Virus record (IMG/VR): IMGVR_UViG_2684622669_000012 | Span: 1 to 15,851 of that record | Direction: 5' to 3' (one strand) | DNA length: 15,851 nt | DNA from: a virus | Taxonomy: Duplodnaviria; Heunggongvirae; Uroviricota; Caudoviricetes | Shown here: in pieces, positions 8,022 through 14,813 of the stretch | Numbering within the stretch: position 1 is the first letter of the stretch | How the letters are laid out: every line of letters begins with the position of its first letter | The notes under the pieces: generated by a model | Databases searched by the model: none | What the model saw: the letters and a program-made list of their open reading frames with translations, nothing else | What the model was told of the DNA's origin: nothing | Position numbers and translations under genes: made by a program

Positions 8022-8634
8022 AGGTGCACTATAATTCCACCCGTTCTGGTTTTCAATAGCTACATTCAACATTTTCTCTACCTTTCATCACCTGAGTGAA
8101 CTTTGTTGATGCGGTGCCTGGTGCCTCCAGGTGACGTTAACCAGTTAACAATTAACGCCGGATGACTCACCCATAACACTCATGTTTTTAACTGTTCCGC
8201 GTGCGCTTAGCCGCATTCACCGCATCACAAAATTCACTTTAAAAAGGGCGGCAGAGCAGTCACGGAGTAAAACTGATACCGCCAAACGCCACCAGAAAAT
8301 TGATAACAGAGGGCGTTGTAGCGGGGTTGTCACTTAAGCGTATGGTCAACCTGACAACCCGGTGTCCTCAACGGGGAAGGAATAACCCAGCCATACTTAC
8401 CGCCGCGCCATTTCGCGGAGTGCCACAACCGGAAGCGCACGGTCGAATTAAATTTAACGACACCGTACAGAGAGACCAATTTCGCCGTGCGCTTTCGCGT
8501 TATGCCCTGGCTTTTCAGGGATATATCCTTTCAGTAAACTGTCAGTACCGGATTCTTATCCGTGTCCGGCGCACGACCACACGTGACAGCGTGTTGGTCT
8601 CCATTTTTAACCCAGAACCTCAATGGAGGATAAA

Positions 8635-8844
8635 ATGCCAAACAAAAAAAGAAATCCGCTTATTGAAAAAAAGATTGAATGCCTGGTAAATCAACTCAGG
8701 CAATCAGGGTTATTAAAAACTCATTCAGAGTTGAGGCTCACAGAATCAGCATTCGACGATAAATTAAATAATGTCCTTTATAATGGCATTATTGATTTTA
8801 ATCGTTCTGTTGGTCGCCGCGGCCCTGCTGGTGTTTCCTTATAA
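8635..8844 (+). CDS. Hypothetical protein (69 aa), convergent with the 216-aa gene
   Basis: ATG at 8635 with GGAGG 5 nt upstream; Lys-rich N-terminus (MPNKKRNPLIEKKIE...); stop abuts the stop of the opposite-strand gene with no spacer. Occupies the position that sieB holds in Rac (memory). Confidence 0.45.
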   Translation: MPNKKRNPLIEKKIECLVNQLRQSGLLKTHSELRLTESAFDDKLNNVLYNGIIDFNRSVGRRGPAGVSL

Positions 8845-9495
8845 TTACCAGTCAATCCAGAGCGGACCGTGTTCAGCGTAAATATAACTGTACACATCCA
8901 GATTATATTTGTGGTCTGTTAAGAACAGGCCGCAAATATATGCCGAAGCTTCCAGGGCAGCGGCTCTGTTACTGAATAACCATGTAGCAACATTCCAGCG
9001 TTTTTCTGCATCCCAGTCTTTCTCAAGGCCTGATACCATGAAGAAACCGTTAGTGTTGCCATCAAATAATTCTGTTTCCAGATTTTTAAGCAATGCCTGA
9101 TGGACTCTTGCCAGGTATTCCGCCGGAATTTCGCCACGAATTCTGATGAGATTGTCATAAACAAACATGTTCCCCGCATATGGCGATTCTTCTTTCTTGT
9201 TTTTTAAACCAGCATCATGAGCAAACTGATCAATTTCTTCTTCCGTTGGTTTCGTATTGATGTTTTGCGCTGTCGTTTCTGCAATTTTATTTGCCACACT
9301 CTCTGAGTCGTGTTTATTTACAGACGCACAGAAATACAATCCGGTAAACGCATCGCGCACATTACGAGCCATATTATCAGTGTCTTTTTTCGTTACCGAT
9401 TCCAATGCAAGTTCGTTCAGACGATGACGAAGTGTGTGTGCTGCAATCTCCTGGATTGAAGTAGGTAAATCTTTAAATTCCATCGTCAACCTCAT
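8845..9495 (-). CDS. Hypothetical protein (216 aa) of unknown function; accessory (moron) candidate
   Basis: Long clean ORF; start ATG overlaps the TGA stop of the upstream 50-aa gene (TGATG); alternative start 4 codons in has a GAGG RBS. No motif I can assign; soluble, acidic, no obvious TM segment. Confidence 0.7.
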   Translation of the reverse strand: MRLTMEFKDLPTSIQEIAAHTLRHRLNELALESVTKKDTDNMARNVRDAFTGLYFCASVNKHDSESVANKIAETTAQNINTKPTEEEIDQFAHDAGLKNKKEESPYAGNMFVYDNLIRIRGEIPAEYLARVHQALLKNLETELFDGNTNGFFMVSGLEKDWDAEKRWNVATWLFSNRAAALEASAYICGLFLTDHKYNLDVYSYIYAEHGPLWIDW

Positions 9496-9647
9496 CAGTC
9501 AGAGTTTCTTGCTAACCAGCGATGCGCGCCAGCTTCGGTTTTAAACGTTTTACTTTTGGTATACGTCATCGCGGTGAACGTGCCGTCCTGGTTGGGAAAC
9601 ACGCCGTACACCAGAGATTCGTTGTTGCCAAGATCGATAGTATCCAT
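9495..9647 (-). CDS. YdaF/YdfA-like small phage protein (50 aa)
   Basis: Below the 60-aa ORF-track cutoff. ATG at 9647 with GAGG 5 nt upstream; product MDTIDLGNNESLVYGVFPNQDGTFTAMTYTKSKTFKTEAGAHRWLARNSD resembles the small proteins encoded just downstream of the repressor in Rac (ydaF) and Qin (ydfA), from memory. Confidence 0.65.
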   Translation of the reverse strand: MDTIDLGNNESLVYGVFPNQDGTFTAMTYTKSKTFKTEAGAHRWLARNSD

Positions 9648-9771
9648 GCTGACCTCATTTCCCCTTAACGCCGGGGGAGCGGAACTAAGACCTGTCGCAC
9701 CGTTGTGCTTTGATGGAATACATTGCTCTCTTTAGGTGAACAAAAGTCAACATGATGAATACGTAAAAAAC

Positions 9772-9794
9772 AAAAAAAACCGCCTTGTGGCGGT
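9772..9794 (-). terminator. Rho-independent terminator downstream of the repressor gene
   Basis: Minus strand reads ACCGCC-acaa-GGCGGT followed by 8 T; lies 22 bp past the repressor stop. Confidence 0.6.
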
Positions 9795-9815
9795 ATGATT
9801 CTGTAAAATAAAGAA

Positions 9816-10205
9816 TTATTTTTGTCGTGTTATTGGGTCGACGTATTCTGAGTAAAATTCAGTCAGTTTTTGGAGTCGCATTTGAAAAGCTGCCAGCATA
9901 TTTCTACGTTCTACAGGTGGCAGGTTTCTGTAAACATCAAGCAGGGCCTTCTCGTCATCATCAAGCGCCTCTCTATTTGTCTCTTCTTTCCCTGTCAGTA
10001 GCCAAGAAAGGGAAACGTTTGTGGCTTCTGCAATTTTGGCTGCGGAATCTTTACTGATTGTTCCTCTTTTTTTCCATGCGTTGACTGATGAACGACCTAC
10101 ACCAGCGATACGCGCTAAATCTGAACCACTTAAATGATGCTGTTGAGAGATCGTATCTAACCTTTCTGCTAGCGGGGTGTCGTATTGCTTTTTTCTCATG
10201 TCCAT
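9816..10205 (-). CDS. Prophage repressor, Cro/C1-type HTH (XRE family), short form without S24 peptidase domain
   Basis: 129 aa; HTH at LSGSDLARIAGVGRSSVNAWKKRG; divergent from the cro-like gene; far too short to include a LexA-like autocleavage domain. Confidence 0.8.
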   Translation of the reverse strand: MDMRKKQYDTPLAERLDTISQQHHLSGSDLARIAGVGRSSVNAWKKRGTISKDSAAKIAEATNVSLSWLLTGKEETNREALDDDEKALLDVYRNLPPVERRNMLAAFQMRLQKLTEFYSEYVDPITRQK

Positions 10206-10308
10206 TTGGCAATTATAACCGTTCAGTGAACACTAACAATTCCTCGAGGTGTTGACTTATGTTCGCTTTAAGTGAACAATTATTGTGGTTAGTTGAACTG
10301 GAGGTTGT
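10206..10308. promoter_or_regulatory. Divergent promoter/operator region (pRM-like leftward, pR-like rightward)
   Basis: Minus strand: TTGTTA - 16 nt - TATAAT ending 6 nt before the repressor ATG, implying a leaderless or near-leaderless mRNA. Plus strand: TTGACT - 17 nt - AACAAT upstream of the cro-like gene. Repeated AGTGAACA motifs at 10236-10248 and 10274-10286, including the palindrome GTTCAGTGAAC. Confidence 0.6.
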
Positions 10309-10584
10309 ATGACAGCATTGGACAAAGCAATAAAGATTGCTGGTGGTATTCGTCCGCTAGGGCGTGCAATAGGGGCTTGGCCATCTCAAATACACAAATG
10401 GGCAAATGAATACAATGGTCGAGTGCCGACGGGAGAACGGGTTCGTCAAATTTATATTGCAACTGGGGTTACTCCTCATGAATTGCGACCAGATTTATAC
10501 CCGAATCCAACTGACGGGTTGCCTGCTGGAGATAAGGCTAACACACCAAATACACCGGAGTTGATTCATGAAAATCAAGCATGA
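10309..10584 (+). CDS. ydaS: Cro-like HTH regulator, YdaS family
   Basis: 91 aa; GGAGG RBS; contains the YdaS-type motif (ERVRQIYIATGVTPHELRPDLYP) as recalled from Rac YdaS; first gene rightward of the operator region. Confidence 0.75.
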   Translation: MTALDKAIKIAGGIRPLGRAIGAWPSQIHKWANEYNGRVPTGERVRQIYIATGVTPHELRPDLYPNPTDGLPAGDKANTPNTPELIHENQA

Positions 10585-10993
10585 ACACATCCGCATGGCG
10601 ATGAATGCCTGGGCGCGTCCTGATGGCGAAAAAGTTCCAGCAGCTGGAATAACCCAGGCTTATTTTGAGTTGGGTATGACGTTTCCTGAACTGTATGACG
10701 AAAGCCATCCGGAAGCTCTGGCTCGCAATACTCAGAAAATTTTCCGCTGGGTGGAGAAAGATACTCCTGATGCGGTTAAAAAAATTCAGGCGCTGTTACC
10801 AGCGATCGAAAAGGCAATGCCACCTTTGCTGGTGGCCAGAATGCGCAGCCACAGTTCAGCTTATTTTCGGGAGCTGGTGGAGACGCGGGAGCGACTGGTG
10901 AGAGACGCTGATGATTTTGTCGCAGTGGCAATCGCCGGTTTCAATCAGATGAACCGTGGTGGCCCGGCAGGAAATGCTGTGGCAGTACATTGA
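10568..10993 (+). CDS. ydaT: YdaT-like protein (CII-position regulator/toxin family)
   Basis: 141 aa; starts MKIKHEHI as Rac YdaT does (memory); overlaps the ydaS-like gene by 17 nt. Confidence 0.75.
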   Translation: MKIKHEHIRMAMNAWARPDGEKVPAAGITQAYFELGMTFPELYDESHPEALARNTQKIFRWVEKDTPDAVKKIQALLPAIEKAMPPLLVARMRSHSSAYFRELVETRERLVRDADDFVAVAIAGFNQMNRGGPAGNAVAVH

Positions 10994-11064
10994 CTGACAA
11001 TAGCCATATCGAATCGCTTCCGGCAACTCGTGAGTAAAAAGATTCGGTATCAGAAGAGGTGAGT

Positions 11065-12135
11065 ATGGCTAACGCCTGGCTCAGATTATGGCATGACATG
11101 CCAAATGACCCTAAGTGGCGAACAATTGCCAGGGTGTCAGGGCAGCCAATTGCAACAGTGATGGCAGTGTATATCCACCTCCTGGTGAGTGCGTCACGAA
11201 ATGTCACGCGAGGTCACATTGATGTCACGACAGAAGATTTGGCAAGTGCGCTCGACGTGACAGAAGAGGTAATTGATTCAATTTTGCAGACGATGCAGGG
11301 GCGGGTACTTGATGGTGATTTAATCACTGGATGGGAAAAACGCCAGGTGCTTAAAGAGGACAACGGCAATATTTCGCAAACCGCAAAATCTCCTGCAGAG
11401 CGCAAGAGGGCGCAGCGAGAGAGGGAAAGAAAGCGGGAACAAAATGGCGATTGTCACGGCGCGTCACGAAATGTCACGCACATGTCACGACGAGTCACGA
11501 CAGATAAAGATACAGATAAAGATACAGATCAAGAAGATCAAAACACTATGGTCCATGGCGTAAAAAACGCCACGAACCAGGCAGGGGATGTTCAGACCGT
11601 CAATCCTGGTCAGCCAGCAGGCACGACACCGGAAGCCGATTCAGCGTATGCGCTGAAAGCCGATTCGGGCGCTGTGCAGCAGGTGATGACCGGAAGGCCG
11701 GAGCAATCACACCAACTGCAGCAGCCTGAAGCCGATTCCGCCATTCAGCGGGAAGCCGATCGGGTAGTCCCGGAAAACACCGGGCAGCCTGTGGGACGAG
11801 TGGATTATCCGGATGTGTTCGAACAGGTCTGGCGGGAGTACCCGTTGCGTGCCGGAGCAAACCCGAAGAAATCCGCTTTCAGTGCCTGGAAGGCCAGATT
11901 ACGCGAGGGGGTGCCACCAGAGGCCATGCTGGATGGCGTGAGGCGTTACGCAAGATATCTGGCGGCTACCGGGAAAACGGGAACGGAATTTGTTCAGCGA
12001 GCGACGACCTTTTTTGGACCGGACCGGAATTTTGAAAACCCCTGGTTGCTCCCGGTAAGCGGCACGAACAACCAGCGTTGTGTGAATCATATTTCTGAAC
12101 CGGATACCGAAATTCCGCCGGGCTTCAGGGGGTAA
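11065..12135 (+). CDS. Replication initiation / replisome organizer protein (O-like) with internal origin iterons
   Basis: ATG at 11065 after GAGGTG (ORF track uses GTG at 11059). Two GTCACG iteron arrays inside the gene encode repeated ASRNVT..VTT peptide segments, followed by an A/T-rich tandem repeat; position is immediately after the cII-like gene. Confidence 0.7.
   Translation: MANAWLRLWHDMPNDPKWRTIARVSGQPIATVMAVYIHLLVSASRNVTRGHIDVTTEDLASALDVTEEVIDSILQTMQGRVLDGDLITGWEKRQVLKEDNGNISQTAKSPAERKRAQRERERKREQNGDCHGASRNVTHMSRRVTTDKDTDKDTDQEDQNTMVHGVKNATNQAGDVQTVNPGQPAGTTPEADSAYALKADSGAVQQVMTGRPEQSHQLQQPEADSAIQREADRVVPENTGQPVGRVDYPDVFEQVWREYPLRAGANPKKSAFSAWKARLREGVPPEAMLDGVRRYARYLAATGKTGTEFVQRATTFFGPDRNFENPWLLPVSGTNNQRCVNHISEPDTEIPPGFRG
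11193..11229. repeat. Iteron array 1: four GTCAC(G) repeats at ~10-11 bp phasing
   Basis: GTCACG at 11193, 11203, 11224 and GTCAC at 11213. Confidence 0.6.
11463..11526. repeat. Iteron array 2 (four GTCACG repeats) plus adjacent A/T-rich 12-bp tandem repeat; candidate ori
   Basis: GTCACG at 11463, 11473, 11484, 11494; first 19 nt identical to array 1 (GCGTCACGAAATGTCACGC). Followed by GATAAAGATACA x2 (11503-11526). Confidence 0.6.
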
Positions 12136-12175
12136 GTGTTTATTTCAGGTCATGAGGTAATTTTCAGGAGGACTT

Positions 12176-12598
12176 GTGGCAAAAGTATTTACACAGGAAG
12201 AGCGAGAAAAAATTAAAGGGCAGGTTGTTGAACTCGTACGCCAGAGTGGGCGTGAGACGTTACGACAACTGGAAGCTAAAACTGGGGCAACAAGATATCT
12301 GATGAGCGTTCTCGCAAGAGAGCTGGTTGCCAGCGGCGATGTATACAACTCTGGTTACGGGTTATTCCCGTCTGAACAGGCGCGTAAGGACTGGCAAAAT
12401 GCCCGTAAAAAGCTCTCAAGGGCAAAGCTGAAGAAACCATCTGCGGTTGATCTGGACCTTATCTGGTCATTACCAGACGGAGAAATACGTCGCTACGACA
12501 GGCGCCTGAATATAATCTGTCGCGAGTGCCGGAAGAGCGAAGTTATGCAGCGAGTGCTGGCGTTTTATCAGGGAAATTATCAGGGGGGCTGTGAGTAA
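12176..12598 (+). CDS. Hypothetical phage protein (140 aa)
   Basis: GTG start with GGAGG 5 nt upstream; occupies the slot after the replication initiator but has no Walker A motif, so it is not a DnaC/P-type helicase loader. Confidence 0.7.
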   Translation: MAKVFTQEEREKIKGQVVELVRQSGRETLRQLEAKTGATRYLMSVLARELVASGDVYNSGYGLFPSEQARKDWQNARKKLSRAKLKKPSAVDLDLIWSLPDGEIRRYDRRLNIICRECRKSEVMQRVLAFYQGNYQGGCE

Positions 12599-12651
12599 AA
12601 TTAGCTATCAGGCTTCAATTATCGCTGGCATTCGCATCAAAGGAGAGGACC

Positions 12652-13008
12652 ATGGAAATAAAACCAGAAGATGAGTTAAGTAATATTGTTTTATTTCCGG
12701 TAAAAGAGGATGACCCACGCAATCAGGTTAATTTTCTTTATGAGCCATCGGAAAGACCATATTGCCATCACGCTTCTGTCCGGGTTGACGAAAAAGTGCG
12801 TCAGGTCCGCTGTAAAATCTGCGGTGCAGTTGTGGAGCCATTTGACTGGATGCTCTCTGTGGCGAAAAGAGAAAGCAGACTGGCAGATGATGTAAGGCTC
12901 TTGCGCCAGGAGGAACGGGAAAGGCGGAGAAATATAGAAAAGCTAATTCAGATTGAGCGTAACGCGAAAGCACGTATACGCAGGGCGGCAAAATCAAGAA
13001 CTGAATAA
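12652..13008 (+). CDS. Hypothetical phage protein with Cys-rich segment and basic coiled-coil-like tail (118 aa)
   Basis: AGGAG RBS; Cys/His cluster (PYCHHASVRVDEKVRQVRCKIC) then an Arg/Glu-rich C-terminus. Confidence 0.7.
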   Translation: MEIKPEDELSNIVLFPVKEDDPRNQVNFLYEPSERPYCHHASVRVDEKVRQVRCKICGAVVEPFDWMLSVAKRESRLADDVRLLRQEERERRRNIEKLIQIERNAKARIRRAAKSRTE

Positions 13009-13103
13009 TTAAATTTAGCACTGTTAAAAATTTAATCCTTAACCGGAGGGATTTCTGCACCCTCAGAACATCAGGAGACCGCCTGAAAGGGCGGTAATGA
13101 AAA

Positions 13104-13667
13104 ATGACTGAATTAACCAAAGAGCAATTAATCGAAGAAGCTAAATTAAAAATAGCGATTGCGAAATGCCATCCCAATTCAGGGATGGCACGAGTAGAGG
13201 GTGAGTTATTCAAAATTGCATTGGCATCGCTGGAAGCAGAACCGATAGCGTGGGAATGCGGCGAAAAAATAATCCTGTTTAATCCTGATATAGTTGAAGC
13301 ATACGCAAAACGTGCGGAGATATCACCTAAACCACTATTCGTCGCTCCACCTGTGCCGGTAGTGCCTGAAGGACTGGTTAAAGCTGTGCGCTTTTATGAA
13401 CAGGTACGGCGTGAGAATCCTCCAGTCGAAACAGGAGCATGGAAAGACGCTGTTGATTGGGTACTCAAAGAGGCCTGCTGTGCTGCCATTCTGGGTAAAG
13501 CCGACAATCCCCCAGCATCCGGCAATCAGGTTAGCGAATTAACAATGTGGGTTAAGCGACTGGTCAGCCAACTGAAAAAAGCTAAGCCGGACTGCAAATT
13601 ACCGGAGAAGGCGATGGACTACCTGAAGCGAAACGGACTGATAAGCGCGGAGGATATTTTGCGATGA
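13104..13667 (+). CDS. Hypothetical phage protein (187 aa)
   Basis: Clean ORF; its stop overlaps the start of the following mini-ORF (ATGA). Confidence 0.7.
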   Translation: MTELTKEQLIEEAKLKIAIAKCHPNSGMARVEGELFKIALASLEAEPIAWECGEKIILFNPDIVEAYAKRAEISPKPLFVAPPVPVVPEGLVKAVRFYEQVRRENPPVETGAWKDAVDWVLKEACCAAILGKADNPPASGNQVSELTMWVKRLVSQLKKAKPDCKLPEKAMDYLKRNGLISAEDILR

Positions 13668-13747
13668 CCTGGCCTGAAGCATTTACAACGGTAGGAATTG
13701 CGATAGCGGTGGCGCTGGTGGTGTATTCGATTTGCCGCTGGGGGTAA
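13664..13747 (+). CDS. Candidate 27-aa single-TM peptide
   Basis: ATGA stop/start overlap with the upstream gene; GGAGGA 9 nt upstream; product MTWPEAFTTVGIAIAVALVVYSICRWG is one hydrophobic helix. Below the ORF-track size cutoff. Confidence 0.4.
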   Translation: MTWPEAFTTVGIAIAVALVVYSICRWG

Positions 13748-13908
13748 GGTATTAAAAAACGCCCCGCACACAGAAGTTGAGCGCCTGAGATATGGGGATA
13801 GGGAGTCAGTTAAATAGTTATGCAACAATACCTGATTTTATATTGAAGCAAGAAATAGGTTGCTACATATTGAATCATGCGCGTGTGCGTCAAATATGGG
13901 AGGTCATC

Positions 13909-13998
13909 GTGCTGGTTCTGAAATGTGCGCTGGCTATTGCGGCTGTAATGGCAATTTATTGTCTTGTTATTGTTCTTATGGAGCACCTTTCTGATTGA
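13909..13998 (+). CDS. Candidate 29-aa hydrophobic peptide (alternative long form 13792..13998)
   Basis: GTG at 13909 preceded by GGGAGG at 5-nt spacing; product (M)LVLKCALAIAAVMAIYCLVIVLMEHLSD; in frame with the 68-aa ORF-track entry, whose own start has a weaker RBS. Confidence 0.35.
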   Translation: MLVLKCALAIAAVMAIYCLVIVLMEHLSD

Positions 13999-14209
13999 TT
14001 TCATATTGGCGAGGTAACGGGAGTTAAGTAGAATGGCTGCGGGTGCTTGAGGCTATCTGTCTCAGGCATGAACACCAAAGGCAGATAGAGAAAAGCCCCA
14101 GTTAACATTCGGCGTCCTGCAAGACGCTTAACATTAATCTGAGGCCCAATCTATGTCTCACAAATGTAGGTTAGCCTCTTACGTGCCGAAAGGCAAGGAG
14201 AAGCAGGCT

Positions 14210-14365
14210 ATGAAGCAGCAAAAGGCGATGTTAATCGCCCTGATCGTCATCTGTTTAACCGTCATAGTGACGGCACTGGTAACGAGGAAAGACCTCTGCG
14301 AGGTACGAATCCGAACCGGCCAGACGGAGGTCGCTGTCTTCACAGTTTACGAACCTGAGGAGTAA
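14210..14365 (+). CDS. hokD: Hok/Gef-family type I toxin (membrane peptide)
   Basis: MKQQKAMLIALIVICLTVIVTALVTRKDLCEVRIRTGQTEVAVFTVYEPEE: near-identical to HokD/RelF as I recall it (one A/V difference). AAGGAG RBS; the ORF-track entry adds an in-frame 19-codon upstream extension. Confidence 0.9.
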   Translation: MKQQKAMLIALIVICLTVIVTALVTRKDLCEVRIRTGQTEVAVFTVYEPEE

Positions 14366-14434
14366 GAGACCCGGCGGGGGAGAAATCCCTCGCCACCTCT
14401 GATGTGTCAGGCATCCTCAACGCACCCGCACTTA

Positions 14435-14456
14435 ACCCGCTTCGGCGGGTTTTTTG
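14435..14456 (+). terminator. Rho-independent terminator at the hok mRNA 3' end
   Basis: ACCCGC-ttcg-GCGGGT followed by a T-run. Confidence 0.6.
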
Positions 14457-14585
14457 TTGTTTATTTTCAAGACGTTTGAGCTTTTTGAAGGTGCCGGAAT
14501 AGAATCAAAAATACTTAAGTAGCGCGCAGGGAGAAGAGGGATGGACCCCTTAAGGGGAAATGTTAAAAGTTCATAGGGTTTTGTT

Positions 14586-14753
14586 ATGAATGATAAGGAA
14601 TTAATTGCTGCGCTTTCTGTACCGGGTAGTTATGAGGTGATAACCCTTGCAAATGGAGAGTTTATTGTAATGCCGTTACCACCCGACGCCATTCTGATCA
14701 CTAAAGAATCTCACATGGATTCTGTCAGCCACTTCTGTATTAAAGAAGACTAA
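14586..14753 (+). CDS. Hypothetical small protein (55 aa)
   Basis: ATG-initiated ORF below the ORF-track cutoff; weak RBS (AGGG 9 nt upstream); no family recognised. Confidence 0.4.
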   Translation: MNDKELIAALSVPGSYEVITLANGEFIVMPLPPDAILITKESHMDSVSHFCIKED

Positions 14754-14813
14754 ATTATACTGGTGAAGCCAGCCTGAACAACTGGCTCCTGTCGCACCAT
14801 TACGAGGGTTGTA

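Noticed and set aside
7776-8072. N-terminal 99-codon extension of the Rha ORF (track ORF 7221..8072)
   Set aside because: Contains a promoter-like element and a hairpin plus T7 terminator on the coding strand, has G/A/H/R-rich low-complexity composition, and the Rha domain starts at an internal Met with a perfect GGAGG RBS. Kept as an alternative start, not the primary call.
8182-8337. 51-aa basic ORF (MFLTVPRALSRIHRITKF...)
   Set aside because: No Shine-Dalgarno sequence and composition looks like translated noncoding DNA.
8300-8689. 129-aa plus-strand ORF across the noncoding segment
   Set aside because: No RBS, Arg-rich low-complexity product, and it overruns the better-supported start of the 69-aa ORF.
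11059-11064. GTG start at 11059 for the replication gene
   Set aside because: The ATG at 11065 is closer to the GAGGTG Shine-Dalgarno; the difference is only two codons.
12728-13213. 161-aa minus-strand ORF
   Set aside because: Antisense to two plus-strand genes with good RBSs; proline/serine-rich product.
14153-14209. In-frame upstream extension of hok (MSHKCRLASYVPKGKEKQA)
   Set aside because: Hok family toxins are ~50 aa beginning MKQ..., and a good AAGGAG RBS precedes the internal ATG at 14210; the extension is more likely leader sequence.
14000-14210. Sok antisense RNA and mok frame for the hok locus
   Set aside because: Only weak promoter-like matches and a 5-bp hairpin (GCGTC/GACGC at 14111-14126) with no clean U-tract; not enough to annotate.
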